From: a virus
Lineage: Duplodnaviria; Caudoviricetes
DNA length: 39,101 nt
Direction: 5' to 3' (one strand)
Virus record (IMG/VR): IMGVR_UViG_3300049917_000102
Span: 1 to 39,101 of that record
This document shows, piece after piece, positions 9,184-17,911 of the stretch. How positions within the stretch are numbered: the stretch's first letter is position 1; every line of letters starts with the position of its first letter. The notes under the pieces are model-generated. The model saw only the letters and a list, made by a program, of their open reading frames with translations, searched no databases and was not told where the DNA came from. The translations under genes were made by a program, and so were the position numbers.

Positions 9184-10287
9184 ATGTCTATCAAAGGTAG
9201 TAAGTCAAAATTTGCTGTTAGGGAAGGCATCCCTGGAATTGAAAACACACAAGATTTACCTATTCATGTTACAGCACAGTCTGTTCCTGGTGAAAGAATT
9301 GCGTTAGATGTAGTATCACATGGTGTTTATGAAGTAAGTAACACTGGTGTAATTGGTGCTGCTTCTGTAAAAAGACTAATTCAGTCAGTGGCTCACGGAG
9401 CTAAGGCTGGAGATATTATCAAAATGACATCTGGAAACTCTCTAGATGCAGAAATTCCAATTATTGAAATCGTAGATGCAGATTTTTTTGTAATTCCATA
9501 CGAGGCAGATATTGCCGTTGCGGATACATTTAATCTTTTACGTCACGTTACTCCAAAGTATGCTGCTGATGGTTCTACATCGGTAACAATTACCACAGCA
9601 CCAACTCAATTTATATTGGATGGTATTCCTCAGCAGGTTATCGAGGATACAGTTGCTCCAGCTAACAATAGAGCAATGCCAAATAAGTTATTCATTGAGA
9701 TTGATGGTGTTCAATATGCAGTAAGTAAAGACACAGGTACACCATCAAATACAGTATCTGTTCCAGTAGAGATTACAGGTGCGTCAGGACCAATTAACAT
9801 CACGGCTGGAGATTTAAATGTTCAGTTAACTGATTTAGGTGCTAATTTCGATAGAACTAGAATTGGTAACGGTACCAATCAGTGGGAAATGAATGCCACT
9901 GGTGAGGGTCTTGTAAAAGATACTGATTTATTTAATGAGCTTCAAACATTTGCCAATGAGAATATGACAAATTTATTGGTAATAAGTGCTAAGCTGGATT
10001 CAATTATAGCAAATTCAGAAATTCAAACTGGATCGTTTGATGAAAAAATTGGATTTATTGCTGTTCAAACATTTACAGCACCAGCAAATGCTACAAGTGG
10101 AAATATAATGAATGTTGGATCAGGTAGCGTTAGATATAAGCAGGGTGGGGTTGCTACTTCTGTTTCTGGATTAAGATTAGAGCCTGGTAGATCAGAGCAG
10201 ATTTTAAATGGATCTAACATCAGTATTATCTCTGAAGATGGAACCACTGCCTGTGACGTTGCTATTATTTGGAATATTAAACCTTAA
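9184..10287 (+). CDS. Virion structural protein (beta-rich; fibre/decoration-like)
   Basis: G/T/S/V-rich; AHGAKAGDII motif; located between capsid and fibre genes. Confidence 0.6.
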   Translation: MSIKGSKSKFAVREGIPGIENTQDLPIHVTAQSVPGERIALDVVSHGVYEVSNTGVIGAASVKRLIQSVAHGAKAGDIIKMTSGNSLDAEIPIIEIVDADFFVIPYEADIAVADTFNLLRHVTPKYAADGSTSVTITTAPTQFILDGIPQQVIEDTVAPANNRAMPNKLFIEIDGVQYAVSKDTGTPSNTVSVPVEITGASGPINITAGDLNVQLTDLGANFDRTRIGNGTNQWEMNATGEGLVKDTDLFNELQTFANENMTNLLVISAKLDSIIANSEIQTGSFDEKIGFIAVQTFTAPANATSGNIMNVGSGSVRYKQGGVATSVSGLRLEPGRSEQILNGSNISIISEDGTTACDVAIIWNIKP

Positions 10288-10296
10288 GGAGATATT

Positions 10297-13200
10297 ATGA
10301 AAAAATATTTACTATTGCTTTTGTTGCCATGCTTGGCAGTAATTGCAAATCTCCCACCGACAACAAGTAAAGGTGATGGGGAAACTACCTACAAGACAAC
10401 ATTTGAAACTAATTACGATACCATTCCTGTAACAAGAACAGGCACAAGGGTTACGATTGGAACAATACCGCCAAGTAAGGGTGGTACTGGTTCGACATCT
10501 GTACCGACCAATGGTCAAGTACCAATAGGAAATGGGACTTCTTATGTTCCATCTACAATTACCGGAACAGCAAATCAGGTCAGTGTTACAAATGGAGCTG
10601 GTTCGATCACGCTTTCAACTCCACAAGACATTGCCACAAGTTCTAGCCCATCCTTCGACGGTGTTACTTTAACAAATACAGCACATGGATCGTTAAATAT
10701 CGGTCAAACACTAAACAGGATCGAAGGTACTTATTTAGTAAGTGGCGGTGTTCTGTCTATCGATGCTAACCCTACTAGGTTTGATCTTAGTGCCGGAACT
10801 GGTTATGTAACAGATAAATCAAACCCATCTTCACCAACATTAAAAACGGTAACATGGTCTGCGTTTGATTCTGTTGCAGTAGCAAACTTGGCAACTGCTG
10901 ATGTTACATACATTTTAATTAATGACTCTGGTGCAATTGTTCAGCAAACAACCTATCCAACTCCTCAGCAGAGAAGGGATAATATATTCATTGGGCGATT
11001 GCCTCATATTAATAGAACAAGCATTTCTTTTGCTCTTTCGTTGGCAGAATATGGACAAGGTGGAATCAATCAACTTTATGATTTATTTGATTCCCTCGGA
11101 CCATTTAAAATTAACGGTCTTAATATTTCGGCGAACGGTGCAAATCTAAAGATCAATCTTTCTTCTGGGGAAATGTTCTCCCGTTCATATAATTATCCGA
11201 CTACTCCAGAAAACCCAAATGAAGTAACTATTACAGGGAGCACATCTTCTACTTTTAGATACGGAACCCAGACGACATTTATCCAAACAAACGTAACAGA
11301 TATTAATCCAGCTTCCTACGATAATGCTGGTACAGTTACAACGGTTCCATCAAACAATAACGCAACTATTCAGCGTGTTTATCTATTTCCTACTGGTGCA
11401 ATAAGAATCTATTACGGTCAAAATGTTTATTCTAATTTTGCGGCTGCGATTGATAGTTTTTCAAATGATTCTTTTATAGAAAATCCAAACTCGCAAAACT
11501 TTGCAACACATATCGCATCGATTGTTATTACAAAATCATGTACCTCTTTGCAGGATACGACTTGTTCAAGAATTATCAATACAGGAAAATTTGGATCTGG
11601 AGGCTCTGCTGGTGGAGGATCAACTTCTTTACAGCAAGCCTATAACAACTCAGTGACTCCGCAAATAACTACTTCTACATCAGGAGGGTCGCTTGATCTT
11701 CGCAGAGGATCTGCTGCGGACACGGATAATGTTTTAAGAATTCAAAATGGTGCTGGCTCTGCGACTGCTACGATAACAGGTGCAGGGGTTATTACTGGTT
11801 CGAATTTATCTGGGACAAATACTGGAGACTTATTAGGTGGAGGGGATAACGATACTCCTGCTACGGTTTCTACTTTAGTAGTTCCTAATAAACAATTAAC
11901 ACTAACTGGTACAAATCAATATAGAGTTAATACTGGAAGCAATAACGAGCTTGAGAATCCAAACTTTGAACATTCGACAGTTACTACAGGATGGACTGTA
12001 GCAAATGCTACAGCATCTGCTGATACATCTACTCCCTTTGAAGGTAAGAAATCATTATCATTAGCATTAACCGGAGCTTTATCTCTAAGCCAATCATCAA
12101 CAATCAACGCAGCTAGAAAGCTTGGCGTTCAGATGGTTGCCTCTTTATGGGTAAAATCTGACGATGTTTCTGATTTACAGCTTTGCTCATTAAAGAATGG
12201 TGCTGAAGATAAATGTACCGTTACTGGTGGATACGTTCAAGGCTCAGGATGGAGACAATTAACAGTTTCCTTCCTTGGCGATTCAACTTCAAACGGTCTT
12301 AAATTAAAGTCTACAGATACAACTGGAACGGTTTTGGTTGATCAGGCTTTTGTAGGTGTTGGAAGTCCCGTTGTGGATTTTACGCCTGATATGGTTTATT
12401 CAGCTAGCGTATCGTCTGGGAACACTGTTTCCCTTGAAAATACAGACTGGATAACAACTTGCTCATGGTCTTCAGGAACATTGACTTGTAATTTTGTAAC
12501 TAGCAACTTCACGGTTGTTCCTAATTGCTGGGCTATTCCTATTGGAAACTCTCAAGGACAAAGAGTAATTGTATTCTCAGCCACAACGTCACAAGTTGTT
12601 TTTATTAACAGATCAAATGACGGAACGGCTAATCAAAACGTTGATCTTAATATCTTCTGCCAAAAACAAGGAGCCGACTACAAGACCTCTAAGGCTTATG
12701 TGGCGAGTGGAAGTGTTGCGCTGAATACGACTGAATATAGTGCAAAGATTTCAAATCTTGGTGTCGTGGATAGAGAAAACACTGACTTTATAAACGGTAA
12801 CTGCACGAATGCAAACCCTAGGGTGTGTACTTTTACCTCCGGTAGATTTACAGTGGCTCCAAATTGCGTTGTTACTGCCGTTGGTGGAAATGGTTTTATT
12901 GCCAGCTTTTCAGCAGAGGCATCTACGACACAGGTTGAAATACAGACATCTTTGGATAATGGGGCAGCCACTCAATATACGACATATTTATTCTGCCAAA
13001 AACAAGGCGCAGACTATACCGCTGCATTTAATCCCGTCATAGTTGGAAGCTTTCAAGGATACAACAGCACACCTGGATCTTCTTCTCCTAAAATATATAG
13101 CGCAGAGATCAGTGGAACTGGAGCTGTTAGTAAGGAGTTTGGCGACCTTATCAACGGTAACTGCACAAGCGCAACACCTTCTGTTTGTACATTTACAGCA

Positions 13201-13374
13201 AATAGATTCAGCAGTGAGCCAAACTGCTCGATATCAGTTGTCGGTGTGACGACAAATAGGTCAGCGTCGTTTCAAGCAATAAGCTCAACTTCTTTTTCCT
13301 TTAACGTTAATCAAAATAGTGGCGGAGTAGCCCTAATGGATTTTCCAGTTAAAGTCATTTGCCACGGAGAGTGA
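10297..13374 (+). CDS. Tail fibre/adhesin-like protein with N-terminal signal peptide, CBM-like domain and three Cys-rich C-terminal repeats
   Basis: MKKYLLLLLLPCLAVIA leader; fibre motifs PPSKGGTG, TSLQQAYN, LSGTNTGD; NELENPNFE...GW...EGKKSL (CBM4/9-like); three ~95-aa repeats. Confidence 0.75.
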   Translation: MKKYLLLLLLPCLAVIANLPPTTSKGDGETTYKTTFETNYDTIPVTRTGTRVTIGTIPPSKGGTGSTSVPTNGQVPIGNGTSYVPSTITGTANQVSVTNGAGSITLSTPQDIATSSSPSFDGVTLTNTAHGSLNIGQTLNRIEGTYLVSGGVLSIDANPTRFDLSAGTGYVTDKSNPSSPTLKTVTWSAFDSVAVANLATADVTYILINDSGAIVQQTTYPTPQQRRDNIFIGRLPHINRTSISFALSLAEYGQGGINQLYDLFDSLGPFKINGLNISANGANLKINLSSGEMFSRSYNYPTTPENPNEVTITGSTSSTFRYGTQTTFIQTNVTDINPASYDNAGTVTTVPSNNNATIQRVYLFPTGAIRIYYGQNVYSNFAAAIDSFSNDSFIENPNSQNFATHIASIVITKSCTSLQDTTCSRIINTGKFGSGGSAGGGSTSLQQAYNNSVTPQITTSTSGGSLDLRRGSAADTDNVLRIQNGAGSATATITGAGVITGSNLSGTNTGDLLGGGDNDTPATVSTLVVPNKQLTLTGTNQYRVNTGSNNELENPNFEHSTVTTGWTVANATASADTSTPFEGKKSLSLALTGALSLSQSSTINAARKLGVQMVASLWVKSDDVSDLQLCSLKNGAEDKCTVTGGYVQGSGWRQLTVSFLGDSTSNGLKLKSTDTTGTVLVDQAFVGVGSPVVDFTPDMVYSASVSSGNTVSLENTDWITTCSWSSGTLTCNFVTSNFTVVPNCWAIPIGNSQGQRVIVFSATTSQVVFINRSNDGTANQNVDLNIFCQKQGADYKTSKAYVASGSVALNTTEYSAKISNLGVVDRENTDFINGNCTNANPRVCTFTSGRFTVAPNCVVTAVGGNGFIASFSAEASTTQVEIQTSLDNGAATQYTTYLFCQKQGADYTAAFNPVIVGSFQGYNSTPGSSSPKIYSAEISGTGAVSKEFGDLINGNCTSATPSVCTFTANRFSSEPNCSISVVGVTTNRSASFQAISSTSFSFNVNQNSGGVALMDFPVKVICHGE
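12397..13371 (+). repeat. Three tandem ~95-aa domain repeats
   Basis: Repeats begin YSA at 12397, 12736 and 13096. DNA copies: TTCTGCCAAAAACAAGG (12655-12671, 12991-13007) and AACGGTAACTGCAC (12793-12806, 13153-13166). Confidence 0.9.
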
Positions 13375-13375
13375 T

Positions 13376-13879
13376 ATGTTGGCAAGATATAGGGATACTG
13401 AATATTTTTGTACTCCATATGGAGAGGTTTATAGAAAGATGAAAGACAAATATCGTCCAATGAAAAGCTCTCCAGACAGGGGTGGTTACCAAAGAATTGG
13501 CATAAGTATTAATGGAAAATCGATGCAAAAGTTTGTCCATAGAATGGTTTTTGAGTCCTGGGTTCATGAAATACCAGAAGGTCTATATGTTGACCATCTA
13601 GACTTTGACGTTAGAAATAATAATATTTCAAACCTTAGACTGCTCACAAGGTCAGAAAACTCAAAAAGAAAAAAGATAGTTAGAAACGGGCAACTTAATC
13701 CAAAATCCATAATGAGTGATGAAGTTTTAATAAAATGCTTTGAGAGTATGAAGCTGCCAAGAAACTCAAGGTCTAAATATGCAGGGGTTTCTGCTAGACA
13801 AATAAGAAGGGCTGTGAATGGGGAAACCCACAAATCTGACTCTATTAGATTGGGTTTAATTAAAGCAATCCCACAGTAA
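13376..13879 (+). CDS. HNH endonuclease (HNH_3/I-HmuI-like) with C-terminal HTH-like segment
   Basis: GY...FVHRMV...VDHLD...NNNISNLRLLT..EN; C-terminal GVSARQIRR. Confidence 0.88.
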   Translation: MLARYRDTEYFCTPYGEVYRKMKDKYRPMKSSPDRGGYQRIGISINGKSMQKFVHRMVFESWVHEIPEGLYVDHLDFDVRNNNISNLRLLTRSENSKRKKIVRNGQLNPKSIMSDEVLIKCFESMKLPRNSRSKYAGVSARQIRRAVNGETHKSDSIRLGLIKAIPQ

Positions 13880-13888
13880 GGAAAAACT

Positions 13889-14503
13889 ATGTTCAATTGG
13901 TTAAAGAATTTATTTAAAAAGAAACAAACGGAGGCTCCAAAAGCGGAGTCTTCTAAACCGAACATTCCGGAAATACCGGATAGTTCAAAAAAGAAGTTAA
14001 AAATTGCAGTTGTCCTAGGTCACGGGTCGGACGATCCTGGAGCTTCTGGGCAAGGTACAAATGAAGTCGAATACAACACTTGGTGCATGAAACAATTAGA
14101 AGGAATGGAAAACGTAAAATGCTTCTATGGTAAAAACAGCATTGATGCAATTAGAAAGTCTTTGCCTTACTTAGCAGATTTAACTATCCAGCTTCACCTA
14201 AATTCAGCTGGACCAACTGCTCATGGGTGTGAAGTTCTAGTGCTAGACGGAGACAAAAAGTCTTATCCATACGCTGAAAAGTTTGCAGGAATGTTTTGCG
14301 GTTATTTTAGAAGAAGAATGCGTGGGGAAACTGGTAAAAAGAAGCTTACCTCAAAAGATCGTGGATATTCTTCATTGAAGCTGACAGTGTTTGGTTCTAA
14401 AATTTTAGTGGAGCCTTGGTTTTTGAGTAACAAGGAAGAATATCTGAGCAAGGAAGAGTACGCACAGTTTCTTAAGAAATACATTGAGGAAGTACAGAAA
14501 TGA
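13889..14503 (+). CDS. Endolysin, N-acetylmuramoyl-L-alanine amidase (Amidase_3)
   Basis: VVLGHG..D.GA....E, QLHLNS, GCEV and ILVEPWFLSN zinc-amidase motifs. Confidence 0.9.
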   Translation: MFNWLKNLFKKKQTEAPKAESSKPNIPEIPDSSKKKLKIAVVLGHGSDDPGASGQGTNEVEYNTWCMKQLEGMENVKCFYGKNSIDAIRKSLPYLADLTIQLHLNSAGPTAHGCEVLVLDGDKKSYPYAEKFAGMFCGYFRRRMRGETGKKKLTSKDRGYSSLKLTVFGSKILVEPWFLSNKEEYLSKEEYAQFLKKYIEEVQK

Positions 14504-14694
14504 GCTTTAAAAAAATCGGGGCAGAGTTAATATTATCAGCCATTCTAGTACCTATTTTAGCATGGTTTTTCGCCTCGATTATTGCTTTACAGAACTCTTA
14601 TGCTACACTCAAGGAGCGCTCGGACATCAGGGAAGAAACATTAAGAGAAATTAAGGATGATGTAAAATTCATTCGACAACAACTGGAGAGATAA
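14500..14694 (+). CDS. Holin-like membrane protein
   Basis: One TM segment followed by a coiled coil; ATGA overlap with the endolysin. Confidence 0.55.
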   Translation: MSFKKIGAELILSAILVPILAWFFASIIALQNSYATLKERSDIREETLREIKDDVKFIRQQLER

Positions 14695-14695
14695 T

Positions 14696-14974
14696 ATGAC
14701 TGAAAAAAAGACTATCGCAGAAACATTGGAATTATTGGAAGGATTAAAGATTGCAGCTGTTGCAATTGCTAAAATCAGCAAAGATAAAAAAGTAAATGCT
14801 GAAGATCTTCCTACTTTAATTGAATTAGCTACTGAATTTGAAACTTTAGTTAAAGCTTTCTCTAATCTTGATGAAGTTCCACAAGAACTAAAAGATCTTG
14901 AAGAAGAAGAAGTTATCGCCATTATCACTAAAGTTTACTCAATCGGTAAACAAGTTAAGGCTGAATTAGCATAA
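14696..14974 (+). CDS. Hypothetical protein in the lysis cassette
   Basis: GGAG RBS, tight packing, helical sequence. Confidence 0.75.
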   Translation: MTEKKTIAETLELLEGLKIAAVAIAKISKDKKVNAEDLPTLIELATEFETLVKAFSNLDEVPQELKDLEEEEVIAIITKVYSIGKQVKAELA

Positions 14975-15064
14975 TGAAATGGTGGGAGTTAATAACAGTC
15001 TTTAATACAGTCTGCTATTGGACTCCCATCCTGTTTCGCTCTTGGTGGGCATGGAAGGTGAAAC

Positions 15065-15289
15065 GTGCTAGTAGAAATAATGGCAGCTCTCAGAGCAATA
15101 GCGACGATAGCATCGACATTGAAAGAAATCTCAGATCGATTGGCTCAGTTAAAGCAGGATTCGATCCATAAAGAAATAGCAAGCTATAAAAAAGAGGTTC
15201 GTGATGTTCTCTATCAAATCGAAAATGCTAAAACCAATGAAGATCGTAAGCATCTTAGTCGTAAGCTCGCTGAGTCTCTCGGTAAGTAA
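15065..15289 (+). CDS. Possible i-spanin (Rz-like)
   Basis: GTG start after GGAAGGTG; weakly hydrophobic N-terminus plus coiled coil; overlaps a downstream lipoprotein-like gene. Confidence 0.45.
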   Translation: MLVEIMAALRAIATIASTLKEISDRLAQLKQDSIHKEIASYKKEVRDVLYQIENAKTNEDRKHLSRKLAESLGK

Positions 15290-15521
15290 GTGTGACAAAG
15301 CCCCTTACCCGATGCCACAAGCAGAAATATGTGTGCATTATGACGATGGCGGAGCAGGTTGTACTGACCTTAGAAAACCAGAAGAAGATAGATCATACGA
15401 TAATTACAAGCTAGAAAACTACATATGCACAAATCCAAAAGACTATCAAGCGTACTCAGATTACATCTTCGAGATCCGTGAAAAACTTATTCGCTGTGAA
15501 TATCAGTTAAGACGTAAATAA
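15237..15521 (+). CDS. Possible o-spanin lipoprotein (Rz1-like)
   Basis: MKIVSILVVSSLSLSVSKC leader, Pro-rich start of mature chain, extra Cys; start 15225 or 15237. Confidence 0.55.
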   Translation: MKIVSILVVSSLSLSVSKCDKAPYPMPQAEICVHYDDGGAGCTDLRKPEEDRSYDNYKLENYICTNPKDYQAYSDYIFEIREKLIRCEYQLRRK

Positions 15522-15557
15522 GACTTGTTGCAAAATGCAACCTTAAGAATTTTTAAA

Positions 15558-15587
15558 TTGATATATCTCATAGTTTGTTGCGATAAT
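15558..15587 (+). promoter_or_regulatory. Promoter (extended -10)
   Basis: TTGATA (15558-15563), 18 bp, GATAAT (15582-15587) preceded by TGn. Confidence 0.5.
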
Positions 15588-15615
15588 TAGAAGTACCCAC
15601 ACTCAAGGAAGAGCG

Positions 15616-16317
15616 ATGGATAATTCTAGGATTCTAGTAATCCCCGATTTGCACCTACCATATCAGCACATAGATGCTATCGATTTTCTAGCTAAAATCA
15701 AAAGAACATTGAATCCTACGAGAGTTATTTGTCTTGGAGATGAACTAGATTATCACAGCCTTTCTTTCCATGACAGTGACCAAGAGTTATTTTCAGCAGG
15801 TGATGAATTAAGAAGGGCGCAAGCCTACATAAGCTCATTATATGAGCTATTCCCACACATGGATGTGTTGGAAAGTAATCATGGTAGCATGGTGTATCGT
15901 AAGGCTAAACACCACGGTATGCCACGCTATCTTTTAAAGTCTTACGCTGATGTATTGGGTACTCCGGATTGGAAATGGTATCCAAAGATTACAATAAGTC
16001 TACCAAATGGAAGAAGGTGTATGTTTGTCCATTCTTTAGGCGCAAACGTACTCCAGGCATCACAGTCTCTAGGAATGTCACTTGTTCAAGGACACCATCA
16101 CAGTCAATTCGAAATCCGCTATTGGCAGAGTGATTATGGAGAATTGCACTTTGCAATCACATCTGCCTGTCTTATTGACGATAAATCCTTGGCTTTTGCA
16201 TACAATAAACTACAGGTCAAAAGACCAATTCTAGGCGTAACTTTCATAGAAAACAGTATGCCTTATTTAATTCCAATGGAAGTAAACTCAGAAAATAGGT
16301 GGGTAGGTACAAGATGA
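15616..16317 (+). CDS. Calcineurin-like metallophosphoesterase
   Basis: DLH, GDELD, SNH, VH and GHHH motifs. Confidence 0.9.
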   Translation: MDNSRILVIPDLHLPYQHIDAIDFLAKIKRTLNPTRVICLGDELDYHSLSFHDSDQELFSAGDELRRAQAYISSLYELFPHMDVLESNHGSMVYRKAKHHGMPRYLLKSYADVLGTPDWKWYPKITISLPNGRRCMFVHSLGANVLQASQSLGMSLVQGHHHSQFEIRYWQSDYGELHFAITSACLIDDKSLAFAYNKLQVKRPILGVTFIENSMPYLIPMEVNSENRWVGTR

Positions 16318-16604
16318 AGTTTATATTACCTAAATCAATAACAATATTAGGGCATAAAATTAAGATAAAGGTGGTGAATACTCAGGATTATGCCGGACTT
16401 TGGGATTATACTTGTAATACCATTTTCTTATCATCAAACCAGTCCCAAGATCAACTAGAAGAGTCATTCTGGCACGAATGGCAACATTGTGTCCAATGGC
16501 ATACAGCTTTAAATCAGGCTGTTCCGAGAGAATTGCTAGAGACGATGGCAGAAATGAACTCTAGGTTAATCACCAAGACTATTCGCTCTTGCTATAAAAA
16601 GTAA
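16314..16604 (+). CDS. Small HExxH zincin-like metallopeptidase
   Basis: G.W......I.L.....SFWHEWQH motif; ATGA coupling to the phosphoesterase (start moved from 16299). Confidence 0.7.
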   Translation: MKFILPKSITILGHKIKIKVVNTQDYAGLWDYTCNTIFLSSNQSQDQLEESFWHEWQHCVQWHTALNQAVPRELLETMAEMNSRLITKTIRSCYKK

Positions 16605-16617
16605 AACGCAGTAAAAT
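16589..16617 (+). promoter_or_regulatory. Sigma70-type promoter for the tail/ejection operon
   Basis: TTGCTA (16589-16594), 17 bp, TAAAAT (16612-16617); GAGGT RBS. Confidence 0.6.
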
Positions 16618-16640
16618 TTACCATAACTACGAGGTAAAAT

Positions 16641-17045
16641 ATGAACTACGGATCAGATAATTATAGCCTATTAGGCGAACTAAGAAATAAAAAACTATCT
16701 ACATCATACGATGATCAAAATCCACAGATGGATACAATGGCTGATCTTAACAAATCAGTGCCTAATGACTCTTGGAAAACAGCTGCTGCTCAAGGCGCTG
16801 TTCAAGGTGGTGGAGCTGGTATTTCTGGTATGCTTATGGGTGGTGGATTAAATGCTGCTCTTATGGGGGCTGGACCGGCTGGTTTTGGTGTTGCTGGAGC
16901 TGGATTAATCTTATCTCAGATTGAGGCAAAGCAAAAAGCAAAGCAAGCTCAAGAGCAGGCAATCGCAGCTGAAGCTGAAAATAGAAAAGCACAAACAGTA
17001 TCAGCTCTAAATAATCTTATGAGAGCTGGGGCTACGGTAGCATGA
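16641..17045 (+). CDS. Gly/Ala-rich putative internal virion (ejection) protein
   Basis: Glycine-zipper-like hydrophobic segment followed by an A/Q/K coiled coil. Confidence 0.55.
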   Translation: MNYGSDNYSLLGELRNKKLSTSYDDQNPQMDTMADLNKSVPNDSWKTAAAQGAVQGGGAGISGMLMGGGLNAALMGAGPAGFGVAGAGLILSQIEAKQKAKQAQEQAIAAEAENRKAQTVSALNNLMRAGATVA

Positions 17046-17911
17046 TGAGAAGGGCGCAACTTCTAGTAAATGAAGCTAGACAAAATACAAATACACAGGA
17101 TCAAACAGAGGCAATGCCTGATACACTTTTGTTTCAGTTATTGAATAGAATCCAGTCATATATCCAAGATTTCATTGCTAGTTCGGGAGTTAAGAATAAG
17201 TTTAACTCTAATGTTTATGACTTTACGACCATAGTTGGTCAAAATGAATATGATCTTCCATATGACATCTTCAATTCAAATTCAGTAAATGCTGTTTGGA
17301 TTGTACTTACTGATGGTCCTAGACAAAAATTTATTCCAATGACTAATATCTCTGAGAAGTCTCAAACAAATGAGTTTGGATATGTTCTCAGAAATAATAA
17401 AATCATTATGCCTCCATTTGATTTCTCTAATTACTTTATTAGAGTTTCGTATGCAAAAAAGGTCCCTGATTTAAATTTAAGATACGGAAAGATTAAAACA
17501 GTAAATGCAAATTCACTTGTTTTAGATGCTGGATATGGGACAGGTGCGAATAGCTTATATGATTATTTTTCAGTTGTAGATGCTAATGGAGAAATCATTA
17601 AATACAATATGGATTTCACATCTCAGGTAGCAGATACTATCACTACAGGTGATACTACAGGTATTTCAGTGGGACAATTTGTTGTTCCTGGATATTATGC
17701 ATCTTCCCATTCTCAGTTGGTTGATTCTTGTGAAAAGATTCTTTTGACTGGACTAGAGAAGCTTATTATGGCTAGACTTTCATCTAGAGATATTGAGATT
17801 GCTAGTGCTATTGATGGCTCTATGCTGTCTCAGGTCATGGAAACATTGGCAGATAATAGTGCTGATGATTTTGCTCCTCCGATTTTACAAAATAAGGAAT
17901 GGTTCTTCTAA
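17042..17911 (+). CDS. Head-tail adaptor (tail tubular protein A-like)
   Basis: N-terminal helices then T..GQNEYDLPYD motif; lies before a nozzle-like gene. Confidence 0.65.
   Translation: MMRRAQLLVNEARQNTNTQDQTEAMPDTLLFQLLNRIQSYIQDFIASSGVKNKFNSNVYDFTTIVGQNEYDLPYDIFNSNSVNAVWIVLTDGPRQKFIPMTNISEKSQTNEFGYVLRNNKIIMPPFDFSNYFIRVSYAKKVPDLNLRYGKIKTVNANSLVLDAGYGTGANSLYDYFSVVDANGEIIKYNMDFTSQVADTITTGDTTGISVGQFVVPGYYASSHSQLVDSCEKILLTGLEKLIMARLSSRDIEIASAIDGSMLSQVMETLADNSADDFAPPILQNKEWFF

Noticed and set aside
12397-13371. Diversity-generating retroelement (TR/VR) in the fibre tip
   Set aside because: No reverse transcriptase in the window; differences between repeats are not adenine-specific and all copies are in-frame coding.
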